The position numbers and the translations under genes are program-made. From contig NC_083227.1 in NCBI RefSeq assembly GCF_032191835.1, positions 119,846,001 through 119,910,000 on the forward strand: a stretch of 64,000 bases of DNA, given 5' to 3'. Position 1 is the first letter of the stretch. Every line of letters starts with the position of its first letter. Source of the stretch: Heteronotia binoei. Its lineage: Eukaryota. The notes under the pieces are model-generated. The model ran no database searches and was not told the origin of the DNA. It saw nothing but the letters and a program-made list of their open reading frames with translations. Of this stretch, positions 1 to 12,050 are shown piece by piece.

Positions 1-269
1 GGGAAACCCTGTTATAGACAATAAATGCCAAGTTGATTCAAATGCTCCTACCTAAAATTATTCTGTTAATAGTAAATTGGCTTTCTTTTGATGATTTTTA
101 AAAGGCAGGCCTTTGGCAAAACTTGTTAAACTTTAACCATAGCTCAGCTATGTTCTTGCTCACTAGAGCTGAGGTGAAATATTGATCATCAGATTATGAA
201 ATATGTTCATTCACGTCTGGTAAGCAACTTTGGCTAGCTCTAAAACTTGGGTATTTCAGTTGAATATAT

Positions 270-405
270 CATGGGTGGCCAACGGTAGCTCTCCAGATGT
301 TTTTTGCCTACAACTCCCATCAGCCCCAACCATTGGCCATGCTGGCTGAGGCAGATGGGAGTTGTAGACAAAAAACATCTGGAGAGTTACCGTTGGCCAC
401 CCCTG
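270..405. mobile_element. Palindromic non-autonomous hAT-type MITE (136 bp)
   Basis: Ends CATGGGTGGCCAACGGTAGCTCTCCAGATG / CATCTGGAGAGTTACCGTTGGCCACCCCTG are inverted repeats. Flanks GAATATAT / AAATATAT form an 8-bp TSD (7/8), typical of hAT. Confidence 0.78.
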
Positions 406-1583
406 AAATATATCATCTGTTTCTGAGTTTGTCCAATCTAGACTTTAATCTGTACCAGCTATTTTTGTTAATTAGTTTGTTCTGATTCTCAGGTGTGGCT
501 TTCAACATACTTTTGACATGATGGTATATACCAGGAAAAAAGAGCTTATGCCTTTATCCTTGGTATTTTTACCAAGCAGCTCTGCATCTGTCTACTTGCT
601 GCACAGCTGAGAAGCTAAGAGCTCAGACCAAGTCAGGAGTGGCTTCTGATTAAGACCAAGGCAATGAACACACACAACAGACAGAACTGAGGTTGAGTCT
701 CCATAGACAACGGGCAGACAGGCATGGAAGGCATCATTATCTTCTTTGCCAAATTAGGGAGACTTGCTTCAGGGTATTTATTTATACCTGAAATGAATGT
801 ATGGCTGGGGAGATGGACTGCAAATAACTACAATATAGACAGGAAATTAGACTCAACATTGCTTCCTTCTGTGCCTTCCTCTTTAAGACATATTTATGAC
901 AGCCCACCAGTGACTTATCACAGCTATGATTACAGTAACTTATTGTAACATTATGGAATACTTACATTCAGATGAATATTTTCACAAGTGGCCTTTCAGT
1001 GATATTATGAATATTGCAATTGCATTACAGGAAATAGCTGAGGTCCTCTCTAAAATCATATGTATTGTAGCTTTAACATTCAATTTACAGAGGTCAAAGA
1101 TACATATGAAAACTGCTCAAATGATGCTGAATGGAGATTGCACATTAAGATAAATTCATTCCATTCCTTATTCTACCAAGAAACTATTTTTTCAAATATA
1201 TATATATCTTGTCCTTCTTCTTAGGAAGGGAGCCTATGTGGTGTTATCTTCCCTGTGAAAGTCTGAGAGAGTGACTTGCCGAGTCATCTTTAGGGATGAA
1301 AAGGAATCTTAAATTCATAATCCGAATCCTACATATAACATACTTAAAACTAAATCACACAAGAAAACCAATGGGACATACTCCAAGTAAGTAATCATGC
1401 ACAGGATTACAATCTAACATGGCAATCTTAAACAGGTCTACTTTGACTCCTACTCAAGTCTATACAATCCTATTCTCCAGCTGCTGTACCATTCTAGTTG
1501 TCTGAGCTGATTATTTGATATAATATTCCCCTCTGTAATGTTAATATGAAATATCCTAAGAGAATAGCAGGGGTAAACCCTAA

Positions 1584-1869
1584 GGGCGTTTTCGCACTGA
1601 CCTTAATCGGCAGCGACGCCCCTCTTCAGCGCGCAGGATCTGCCCGGATTTCGCACCAATTGCCGCGGAGCACCCAGAAGAGCCAGAAAGTCCCGCGGCT
1701 TTTGCGGCGCAAATGGAAACCGCCAAAAACCAGTTTCCATTTGCGCCGCAAAAGCCGCGGGACTTTCCAGCTCTTCCGGGTGCTCCGCGGCAATTGGTGC
1801 GAAATCCGGGCAGATCCTGCGCGCTGAAGAGGGGCGTCGCTGCCGATTAAGGTCAGTGCGAAAACGCCC
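1584..1869. mobile_element. PIF/Harbinger-like MITE, 286 bp, near-perfect palindrome
   Basis: TIR GGGCGTTTTCGCACT...AGTGCGAAAACGCCC. Arms of about 135 bp differ at about 4 positions. TAA on both sides (3-bp TSD). Confidence 0.85.
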
Positions 1870-2812
1870 TAAAAGATATATCTCCATCAGAGTGACTTAT
1901 AAGACCCACACAAAAAAATACAAAACACAGTAGATTCATATTCAGTCTGTAATAGTGTGTAGTGCTCCATGTTCAAATGCCACAAAAACAGAAGGGTAGA
2001 TATAATCAAGCACTTTTTAATGATCATATGGAATTCAAAGAGAGAAGATATGTGGGACTGAAAACTAAGTTCAGAAAAGGATACACTTTTTAACATGCAT
2101 TGATTTGGAGGTTAAAAAACTTTCTGCCACTGGATAAACAGCTGTAATCTTGTATTTCCCCCACTTTTCTGTGTCATGCATGGCAATTGTATGAAGTTTT
2201 ATACAGCTCCAATTCCTGTGTTCTGACTATTTTATTTATTAACATAGTGGAACTTGTTTTGCAATATTTTCTGCACAGTTTATCCAGGTTTTTCAGGCCC
2301 TAAGAGGAATAGTGATATACAGCACAATGACGTTCCAATCATCTCCCTGTCCCTCCCTGCACAGATACTTCTTCCTGGAGGCAGGAAAACTGTATTCAAA
2401 ATTATGACATTGTTCTTTTAAAATGTTGTAATAAAAATGTTAAAAGTCTTACTGGAATTATCCCTACTTCTCCACCTCCAATGCCAAGCCTAAGCCAAGT
2501 TACTGTCACTAAAAATGGCACATTGTCAAGCCATCAGCGTTACATAAATTGAGACGTTCTGGGGAAAAAAACTGCTGTGCTCTGTATCAGAATAAAAAAG
2601 TATATAAGGGAAAGATCTTTTACTTCATAACACCCAGTAATTTCCTGTTGTGTATTCATGTGCAATACAATTCTCAGTTGTTGCTGATCAGGAAAGTTTT
2701 GTGCATGCAAGTTTTCTGCATTCCTCTAATATTATGAAACAGGTGACTAGTTCCACATATGGTTGCATGCTCTGTACCACAATGACATTTCTCAGCACAC
2801 CTCATGCTGATT

Positions 2813-3020
2813 TAGGGTGCCAGCCTCCAGGTAGGGTCTGGAGATCTCCAACTTGTACAATTGATCTCCGAGTGGCAGAGATCAACTCCCCTGGGGAAAA
2901 TGGCTGCTTTGAAGGATGGACTCTATGGCATTGTACCATACTGAGGCCCCTCCCCTCCCCAAACTCTGGATATACCCTCGAAGTCTCCAGGTAATTTCCA
3001 ACACAGAAAAGGCAACCCTA
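2813..3020. mobile_element. hAT-type MITE (TAGGGTTGCCA-type termini)
   Basis: TAGGGTGCCA...GGCAACCCTA termini. Degenerate 8-bp flanks TGCTGATT / TGGAGATT. Confidence 0.65.
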
Positions 3021-4321
3021 TGGAGATTCAGTAAGAAGATTATTTTCCTCTGTTGCAGAGGAGAGTAGGCAGAGCAGCTGGATGCTGCCCATCCAAATGT
3101 GCTTATTTAATGTGGAAGTACCTGCATTGAGGAAAAGAGAAGTCTGCTAATATTTCCTAAGTATGTTGCAGATCAGACATGGAACCAATAAAACTCTGAC
3201 CTAAAGCTTAACCGAAATGCTTTCCCTTATGTCTTCATTTTAGGCACATGTGGGTAATCCTATGAACAACAGCTGTCTTGAGCCTGCTTAATGAGATCTG
3301 CAATCTAGTACAATGTTATCATGCCATCCATTCTTGGATTCAACTGGAATTAAGTATACCCAAATGTATTATAACTATAGCTCACAAATGAATAAAAATG
3401 CTTTATCTAAAATTTTGTTCTGCTTTAAACAGTGAACAACTGTGAGTATAGCACGGAGCATTATCTCATTTCATATTACTTGTAGACTGTAAGGTATGGC
3501 ACAGAATACTCTTGAATACCCTGCATTATGTCAAAAGCATCTTAGTACCAGGTTTCAAAATTAATTGGGAGGGTTTAAATAGATACACAAACAGATGAAG
3601 CATAAAAGGTTTAGAAGGTCAAACAATCCAAGAAGTCATCCGCAATTAATGTCCCTTCTAGACACTTTTCTTTTTTCCACAGAGCCTAACCTTGTGACTC
3701 ACTGGCTGCTTCCATTCAAGTTCAACTTATCTACATTGGAGTAGAAATGAAACTGCTCACAAAAATTATCCTATAAATTTTCTCCAACTTCTGACTCTGT
3801 GTTTATGAAATTCTTTCTGAATACTTGCCAAATAGTTTATATTAGTATTTGACAACCAAGGACATTTGATCTCAATATTTTAATTCAATATTGAAACAAA
3901 CTGTTTTATGTCTTGTCCCAGAATAATGAATGGAATGGAAATAGAGAGATGCACAAGAAAGATCCCTATAAAGAAAGGTTATATATATATATATTTTTTT
4001 TTTTTGAGAAAGTTTTAGTTTTATTGAAATAAGAAGAGCGATACATAGACAAAGGAAATAAAAAGAATTACATCAAAAAGTAACACATAACAAATAACAC
4101 ATAGCCTAGTAGAAAACTAGGTCACACACAAAATACATGCATCCATCCCCCTTACCCAACCAAGCACACTGGGGGGAGGAGAGGTTTCGGTAAGATAAAA
4201 AATTTCTGATTATAATTTCACAATTATTTCATCTATACTTTACATACTTTACATAAGACATCTTATATAACTAAACATTTACCTTTTCATTAGACAAAAA
4301 TTGTGTCATGATTTAATATAA

Positions 4322-5719
4322 TTACTCCGTGTCAAATCCTTTACTTTTAACCCATTTGTACACCGGGTCCCATTCCTCCTGACATTTCTGTACATTACCA
4401 TTTCTTAGTCTTGTAGACATTAGGTCGGCCTCAGCGGTTTCTAATAATTTATTTATAAACTCTTCTCTGTTCGGGGTTTTCTCACCTTTCCAATACTTAG
4501 CATATAATATTCTGGCAACTGTGATGATATACATTAACAGCTTCAATTTTGTTACAGGCACTTTCTGTCTACAGATGTTTAGAAGATATAGTTCCGGCAC
4601 ATGAGTAATTTGTGTTTTCAGAATTTTTTGAGTCCAGATGTTGATTTGCATCCAGTACTTTCTTGCTGACTTACATTGCCACCATATATGGAATAAAGAA
4701 CCTTTAACTTCTCGACATTTCCAACACTTGTTAGAATACATGGGGTAAATTTTTGCCAATCTATTAGGTGTAAGATACCACCTATATACCATTTTATATA
4801 GATTTTCTTTAAGATCCGCTGGTTTTATCAACTTTAAGTTCTGTTTCCATAGTTTATCCCATTCCTCTAAATCTATATTGTAGCCAAAATCTTTAAGCCA
4901 ACGGATCCATGCTTCCTTCACTCCTTCATCACTCATCTTTATTTGTAACAGCCAGTCGTACACCTTGGAGATCATCTTCTGCTTGGATTCTATGATCAGA
5001 TCTAGCTCAATTTGTGTGTTCCCAAAGCCTTTCTCTTTATCCGCCCGGAATCTTGATCTTAGTTGGCATTGAAGCCACCAACTTAACTTACTAATCTCCT
5101 CCTCAATCAGTTCATTTTTGTCATTCAGTAGGTATGCGTAGTCCTGTGGACTGTCCCAGTTATACAAATTGGGATGAGTCAAAGCTTCAATCGGTGATAT
5201 CCACTTGGGAGTATAGGTGTATTGTAGCTTGATATCGCTCCAGATCTTGTACAAGGATCTTCTTATCTCATGTCTAAGAAAGTAACCCGTTTTTGCAGGA
5301 GCATGATACCACATATAATTGTGCCAACCTTCACCCAGGCCAGCACCCTCAATAGTCAACAGTCTCTTATTGTCAAGTTTACACCAATCCCTCAACCATG
5401 CCATGCCACATGCTTTATAATATAAATTCCAGTCTGGGAGGGCTAGGCCACCTCTTAATTTACTGTCTTGTAAGACTTTCAGTTTTATTCTGGCCTTCTT
5501 TCCCTGCCAGATAAAAGTCCTGGTCATGGTATTAAGTTGTTGAAAAAAAGTTTTAGGTATCATGACTGGTATTGTCTGAAACAGAAACAGGACTCTCGGG
5601 AGAATATTCATCTTAATTGTGGCAATTCTGCCCAAAAGTGAAATCTGAAGATCTTTCCAAATAGTTAAGTCATGACAAATTAGTTTCAATATTTTTTCAT
5701 AATTATCTCTATATAAAGT
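4322..5719 (-). CDS. L1 ORF2p C-terminal fragment (post-RT region and CCHC zinc knuckle), stop-free
   Basis: TLYRDNYEKIL...RIATIKMNILPRVLFLFQ...GGLALPD...CWKCREVKGSLFHIWWQC. The N-terminal part of the called ORF 4322..5905 is antisense RT sequence, not real protein. Confidence 0.85.
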   Translation of the reverse strand, partial: TLYRDNYEKILKLICHDLTIWKDLQISLLGRIATIKMNILPRVLFLFQTIPVMIPKTFFQQLNTMTRTFIWQGKKARIKLKVLQDSKLRGGLALPDWNLYYKACGMAWLRDWCKLDNKRLLTIEGAGLGEGWHNYMWYHAPAKTGYFLRHEIRRSLYKIWSDIKLQYTYTPKWISPIEALTHPNLYNWDSPQDYAYLLNDKNELIEEEISKLSWWLQCQLRSRFRADKEKGFGNTQIELDLIIESKQKMISKVYDWLLQIKMSDEGVKEAWIRWLKDFGYNIDLEEWDKLWKQNLKLIKPADLKENLYKMVYRWYLTPNRLAKIYPMYSNKCWKCREVKGSLFHIWWQCKSARKYWMQINIWTQKILKTQITHVPELYLLNICRQKVPVTKLKLLMYIITVARILYAKYWKGEKTPNREEFINKLLETAEADLMSTRLRNGNVQKCQEEWDPVYKWVKSKGFDTE

Positions 5720-5721
5720 TC

Positions 5722-6216
5722 TACTGACTGCAACTGGATGCGGTGAAAAGTATATTAGAATGGTGGAAGCGGTGTACTCAAAGCAAACAGCAAAAGTGAG
5801 TTTCAATGGAGTAATGACTGAGCCAATAGAAATTGAACAAGGTACAAGACAAGGCTGTCCTCTCTCTCCTTTACTCTTTATCTTGACGTTGGAACCGTTG
5901 ATCAAGAAGATCAGAGAGGATATCCGAATTCAAGGTATTAGAATACACAGCACAGAGTTGAAAACTTTGGCATTTGCAGATGATTTGGTATTTATTTTGG
6001 AACAACCGGTTTCCTCGATACTTCTTTTGAAACAACAAATAAGAGAATTCGGCGAAGTCTCTGGCTTTAAGTTGAACGTTGCAAAAACCAAAATCTTATC
6101 CAAGAATATGTCGGAGGACCAGATTCAATTATTAGAGGAATTGTCAGGATTCAAACATGAGAAAAAAATTAAGTATCTGGGAATTTATCTCACAAATGAT
6201 TTAAAGACTTTATATA
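5722..6216 (+). CDS. L1 reverse transcriptase fragment (inverted segment)
   Basis: GTRQGCPLSPLLF, AFADDL and KYLGIYL RT motifs. Ends at KTLY, where the minus-strand part resumes. Confidence 0.85.
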
Positions 6217-6394
6217 CAGCTTGTATTTTTGTTTTCTTAGGGAGAGTGGGGACGAGGCGTCCGAGTCTTTAGCGCGTGCGCATTGCCCTCCCCTAATCAA
6301 TGTCAATAAATCAAAAATAGGTTTATAACTTACAGATGCACACCTGAAAGCAATAATTCAGAGCAAGAGGTGTCAGTTATCAGAGACTGTTAAA

Positions 6395-6591
6395 CAAAAT
6401 ATTGCAAGCATGCTAACGTTTTAAGCATGTCTTATTTTAAGTAAAAAATTCTTTAATTGTGTTTGTCTGTGCTCTTTATAAAGTTTATATCTGTGCTACC
6501 TGGCATTACATTTTATGACACACATGGCGCAGCCCAACAAGGTCTCATTTATGTCAAATCTGGTCCTCATAATAAATGAGTGACACCTCTG
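6395..6591 (-). mobile_element. hAT-type MITE fragment
   Basis: Ends ...AATAAATGAGTGACACCTCTG. Same family as 13470-13627 (...AAATGAATTTGACACCCCTG). Left boundary approximate. Confidence 0.5.
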
Positions 6592-6866
6592 TCAGTATGG
6601 TATAGTGGTTAAGTGTGTGGACTCTTATCTGGGAGAACCGGGTTTGATTCCCCACTCCTCCACTTGCAGCTGCTGGAATGGCCTTGGGTCAGTCATAGCT
6701 ATTGCAGGAGTTGTCCTTGAAAGGGCAGTTGCTGGGAGAGCCTTCTCAGCCCCACCCACCTCGCAGGGTGTCTGTTGTGAGGGGAGAAGATATAGAGATT
6801 GTAAGCTGCTCTGAGTCTCTGATTCAGAGAGAAGGGCGAGGTATAAATCTGCAGTCGTCTTCTTCT
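6591..6866 (+). mobile_element. tRNA-derived SINE (Squam3-like, gecko-type body), (TCT)n tail
   Basis: A box TGGTATAGTGGTTAAG, B box GGTTTGATTCCC, tail GTATAAATCTGCAGTCGTCTTCTTCT. Sister copy at 40301. Confidence 0.8.
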
Positions 6867-7267
6867 CTGTTCTAGGGAGATGTGCTATATCCCTTCTTCA
6901 TAGCCATCAAGTCTTTGGATCAAGGATAATGTTACCTTCCTAAGGGCTCCTGTCACAGTTCCATAAAAGGCTCTCAAACCTGAGGTCCTAGTCTAAGGAA
7001 TTACCTCTTTATCCTTCAAATGCTGCTTTAGGGTGCTCTTCTAAGCTTTATACTTAGCATTTAACACTCTTTGCCCACAGTGATATTGCAATCTGATAAC
7101 ATTGAAGGCTACTGACCCTCTAGGGCCTGGGAACATTCACTCGTGTAATCTTCAAGTGGAGTATGTGAAATTCCCACCGATGTCCTTGTGGCCAGATATA
7201 CTGGAGAGCAAAGAAATGCCTGATCAGCCCCCAAAAGTGACTACCCTGTGTCCACTCGGAAAAACTG

Positions 7268-7690
7268 GGGACTGTAGCAAGTAGCTGGATCTGAGTGAGT
7301 CATACACATCATGTGGTATTATATTGTCCAGTGGTTGCTGCTGGGCCTGACTTGAATCCCCCCTCCTCAAAGTCCAAAATAGCTTTGGAAAGGACCCTTC
7401 CTCCTCTCTCTGCCTTTTACTGTCAGAAATCAAGGCTTGAAGCCTAGCAATGCTAGGCAACCACAATGAAGGGCACTTTTTCTTAAAGTTACTAGAGGTA
7501 TGTCATTTGAAGTTTTAAAAAAAGATTTGAAGTATTTTTTTTTTAGATTTCAGAATTTTCTGGGAATGGTGGGCATTTTTCTTATTTATTGAGCAATCTG
7601 TCTTATCTGTTCATGATTCCAGTCTCTGGGTTTAAACATCACCCACCTGTGGCCACACTGGCAATTTGATATATTGGCAAGTGGAGATAT
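7268..7690 (+). repeat. Unclassified dispersed repeat, copy A (no SINE seen)
   Basis: Shares TAGCAAG-AG, TGAGTCAT, GGAAAGG-CCCT, CTGCCTTTTACT and TTTCAGA-TTT blocks with copies at 8.4, 17.3, 29.0, 39.3 and 57.9 kb. Confidence 0.55.
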
Positions 7691-7699
7691 GTAAGAAAC

Positions 7700-8400
7700 T
7701 TGCGAGAGTGGCTATCCCATTCCCCCCTACTTTTGCTTCCTCCCCCTCCCCACTTCTCTCAGTCTCTCACTCTTTTGCCATCCTGCCACCCCTTCTCTTA
7801 CTCTCTCTCCCCCATGCCTGTCACTTCTCTCTCTTTCTGTCTCCTCCACCCCCTCAGTTTTCTTCTTCCCCTTACCCCATCACTCTCTTTCTCTGTCTCC
7901 CCCTACGGTAATAGCAGTTCTCCCAGTCATCTGCCTGCTTCCCCTTCTCAAAGCAACAACAGCTCTACTGCCTGCCAGCCAGCCAATCACCCTTCTCTGC
8001 AATGGCAGTGGCTCTCCTGGCTGCCCACTCACTTCACCCTCACATAAATGGTGGTGGTGGATCTCCTGCCTGCTTTTCCAGAACCTCCCCCCAGCAACAG
8101 CAGTGGCTTTCCTAGCTGCCCATTCATTCCCCCCCCCACCACAGCAAAGGCTAGCTGCTAAGCAGCTACCTCACAACAGTGACAATTCTACACCCCACAG
8201 AGCTGCTTCCCTCCAAGGCAACAAGGCCAGCCACTTCCCCTGCCTGCACCTTGCAGCTTCAGCACAGGCACAGACAACCTACTCGTGTGTGTGTTTGGGG
8301 GTAACTCCCTTTCCCCATTATCTCCACACACTATTTTCTTTTTCTGTCCTCCTGGCAGCCCCTATACCATCACCTTCCCTTGATACCTTCTCTCCTTTTC
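7700..8400. repeat. C/T-rich low-complexity tract with degenerate short repeats
   Basis: Polypyrimidine sequence with recurring CAGCAACAG / GCAGTGGCT-TCCT-GCTGCCCA motifs. Explains the Pro/Ser/Leu-rich spurious ORFs. Confidence 0.6.
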
Positions 8401-8448
8401 ACTCACACACCTACTGTCTAATTTGTCCCCCATCTTCAGCTAAATTGA

Positions 8449-9120
8449 TTATTTATTTACTTCATTTATATCCTGCCTTTTTCCACAATGGGGACCCAAA
8501 GCAGATTACATTGGTCTTCTATCCTTCATTTCATCCTCACATCAACCCTATGAGGTAGGTTTGGCTTAGAATGTGTAATCCAAGGTTACCCAAGTGAGCT
8601 TCCATGGCAGAGTACTGGTTTGAAGATCCTAGTCTGAAACTCTAAGAGCCCAGATCCTAGTCTGAAACTCTAACCACTGCACCACACTGGTTTTCATGGT
8701 GTGGCTGGTGATGAATAGTAGCAAGCAGTAGGCCTGAGTCATGCAAGTTGTATGGTAGGAAATTGCACAGGTCACTCCTTGTGCACTTTCATATACGCCG
8801 AATAAAGCCGTTTCAATCCACTTAAGCAACCATTTGCATGGGTTTTGCCATTTCACACAGTAAAATCCAGTTGTAAAGTGCGCTGAAATTCAATTGAAAG
8901 TGCATTATTGTGTGTGTAAGCATCCTCTATATCATTTTAGGGGTTTAAACCCTCTCACCCAGTGTATCTTTTTCAGATTTCAGATTCTGCATTTACAAAC
9001 CTGGAGCTTTTCTCAGGTTTGTTGAAATATCTGTCTTGTTTGTCCATGGTCCCAGTCTCTGGTTTTAAGTAGCCACAGATAGGGCCACATTAAGAATGAG
9101 ATATATTGATGTAAACACTA
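8449..9120 (+). repeat. Dispersed repeat copy B with antisense Squam3-like SINE (8449-8690)
   Basis: SINE on minus strand (head at ...ACCACACTGG), with an internal duplication of GATCCTAGTCTGAAACTCTAA, joined to TTTTCATGGTGTGGCTGGTGATGAATAGTAGCAAGCAG. Confidence 0.6.
8780..8925. mobile_element. Degenerate small MITE inserted in copy B
   Basis: Interrupts the shared unit. Imperfect inverted blocks GCACTTTCA / TGAAAGTGC. Confidence 0.45.
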
Positions 9121-11689
9121 TATACATACACTTCTTATGCTAAAATAACCATTCTGCTGTAGTGGTAGGACAGTAAAAAATGATAATCTAGCCAGCTGTG
9201 AGGAGTAATAAACATGATAATTATATAAACTAACAAATTATGTACACATAAGGGCAGCTTGAATACATATCAGCAAAACAGCACTTAATCCTCTAATGTG
9301 GAGTCGATGTAGATCACTCATTCATCTAGGAAACCAAGTGGCTTTTATATAAAGGGTGCCTGATGTACTTCAAAGCCAACAATTTAAAATCTGAGTAATC
9401 CATGCAGTTTCATATCATAACCTCAGCATTTGAGAGTAGTGACAGAAGTAGTGAAAGTGGGGCGAGCAGTAGATCACAGGATCAATTGCTAGGAAAGCTG
9501 CTGGAAACAGAGTTGGATTGCAGCCCAGAAAAACAGGGAATTATGTAATTGAGACAGAGCAAGCAAGGCTGTTATAGAAAGCAAATTTTCTGAAGCCTTA
9601 TTGAATGACAAAATATAAACATGGAAACTGATATAAACTAGGTAGATAGATAGGTAGATGATAGATGATAGATTCAAATAAATTACATGTATTTGCTGTA
9701 ATTATATGACCGTAGGCATAGGCAGGCATTAGGCTGCACAGTGTACAGTTCAAGATCCATCTGAAGCCTCTTCACATGAACACCCTCAGCAAATGCGAAT
9801 ATCTACAAAGGCATGATAAAATATGAAGGCCCAATATGTGTGGTCCCAAACCAGAACTCTCTGCTCCAGTCCTCTTTGCAGATACATCCTAGTTGGCCAT
9901 CAGTAAAAGAAGATAACATTTTGTTGCACATTTGCTTACAAAATGAGTGGGATCTTTATAAAGACTATTAATTTAACATTACTGAAAACACACAGAAAGA
10001 AATCCTGCATTCTCACTCATGGAAATGCCTCATCAATATAATTTCATTGGGTGGATCCAAACAGCAGTGTCTTGTTTGATGGCTAATGAGCCTCAGGTTT
10101 GGTAAATAGATGTAGCACTTTGAAGTGATTCTTTGTCATAGGATTCAAGCATGACAATTGCCTGTTAAACAAGGACATCATACAGAAGACCTCCCACAGC
10201 CATTCACAATCTATGTTCTACCCAAGTGTTTTAGCACCCTGCAGAACACCTGTGGGGTGTCTCTAGTGAAGTTCATTATACATTTAAATGTAACTTGCAC
10301 CCCCCCCCCACGCACACACAGTTGGAGCTTGAAACTGCTATAACTTAGCAACAGGACAAAAAGTCAATAGTGAAAACTGCTGATAGGAATTGTCTGGTCC
10401 CTTGCTGCTCTTGTTTATCTGCAACAAGTATGTTAGTTACTGATAAGTGAAACAAAACAGTGCATTACCTGGCGTGCATAATTTGCATTTATTCACCAGT
10501 TTCATTGTTGACAGAGAGGTCCATGAGCAAACAATGATCCAGTAAAGCCTACCATGCAAAACTGAAAGCTGACAGCATCAGTAACATTTTTGCCTGCTGA
10601 CAGAATACAAATAAATCAACTCACTAGTTATTTGAAAATGTTGTGCGTGACCATTAAATATTTTCCAAAAACAAAAAACAGACCCCTTTAACTCCTTGTG
10701 TGTAATTCTAACTACAGTTACATCATACACAGTTTTTAAAATATATGTATCATGATTGCTATAGGTAAAAAACAGTACCTGCTTAGTATAAATAATCTAA
10801 TGTGACAAAGAAATTGTGTATGAGATAGAAGATGGCAGGGGAAAGGAAAGACTAATCATGCAAAAGGCATTATGTATCAGCTGACTTGAAAGTTCATAAA
10901 AATCACAATGGGTGCTCATTTTCTTCTAACTGGTACCCAAACTGCCCCAGTGACCCTTCTTTTTTACAGTACAATCAAAGGGACTGAATTTCAAAGTTTC
11001 CTTATGAAAGATTCCATATTTCATGTATATGAAGTACAGCACAACTTGTTTTTCATTTAGCATTCCCAAAGTGATTGAGAATGATATTTAGCACAGTCCT
11101 TTTATTCCTGTATTATAGGTGCCCCAGACACAGTGTTGACTAATACTCCACCCCATCCCGGTGCTTCTCAAGGTTTCAGTTCAAAGCTGGTCTACTCATT
11201 CTTGTTCTTCCACATACCCCTTCTTCACTTCCTACCAAACTTCACTTGGCATTCAATTTTGTAACATTTCCTGCTGCACCTCACAAGCCATTCTCTAAGC
11301 ATCACTCACCTAAGCCAGTTATCACAGACCAATCATCCAAGTATATCCAAGAATCAAGCAAGATTTACAATTCAAACAGCAATCCAATTACTGTGATGTA
11401 TATATGTAAGCATTCACACCTGAGTATTCTATTTTATGTTAATCTGATGGTATTGATCATCTTCATATAGAAGAAGAGGAATGATTCCAAGAATAACATC
11501 CTCCCCATCTCACCCATTAGTACTGACAAAGGTGATGACACCAACCAGATGTTTAGATGATAGAATCCGGTCTGTTTTCGACACAAACAATAGAGGGATT
11601 TTTGGACTTACCTTTTGCTTTCTATTGGTTTTGTAGTAAGAAGATCTTTCCTCTTTTTCCATGAGTACTCAGGAGGCTTTGGTGAATCT

Positions 11690-12050
11690 ATTTTATTTAT
11701 TTATTTCTGTTAACTTATAGCCCACCCTTTCCCATAATGGGCTCAGGGTGGGTTCCAACACAATAAAACAATCAGATCAACAGTAAAAACAATCAAGAAA
11801 TAAATAATACCGCAATCAAACAATTAAAACAGGTTAAAATTTAAGCTAGTTAAGCCATTCAATCAGAAGTTGAATTTGAGCGGCATGGCATGGTGTTGGG
11901 AGGTCAGTGTTAGGAGGTCAGTTTGAAGACATAATAGCGTAAGGACGTCCACCTGCCTCAGCCATAGGCCTGGCAGAACAGCTCTATCTTACACGCCCTC
12001 TGGAATGGCAACAGATCCGGCAGGGCCCAAACCTCTAGAGGGAGCTGATT
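11690..12050 (-). mobile_element. L2-like LINE 3' fragment
   Basis: (TTTA)n tail next to TTATAGCCCACCCTTTCCC...GGCTCAGGGTGGGTTCC, typical of squamate L2 ends. Confidence 0.55.

Larger units (their letters stand above)
3994..6216 (-). mobile_element. 5'-truncated L1-clade LINE with inverted 5' segment
   Basis: Minus strand: AATAAA (4020-4025), poly(A) (T run 3994-4005), 3'UTR and ORF2 C-terminus up to 5719. The plus-strand 5722-6216 segment is the immediately upstream RT region, inverted. Inserted in a (TA)n run. Confidence 0.92.

Noticed and set aside
1546-1887. ORFs across the 286-bp MITE (also 18647-18927 and 60293-60607)
   Set aside because: Artefacts of a GC-rich palindrome.
100-3400. 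Several plus-strand exon candidates (about 104-172, 971-1041, 2347, 2676-2740, 3059)
   Set aside because: Weak sites, phases do not chain consistently, and the peptides are not recognised.
5720-5905. N-terminal extension of ORF 4322..5905
   Set aside because: Antisense read-through of the inverted RT segment, not a real fusion domain.
9881-9970. Acceptor followed by IHPSWPSVKEDNILLHICLQNEWDLYKDY-stop
   Set aside because: An isolated signal with no linked upstream exon or homology.
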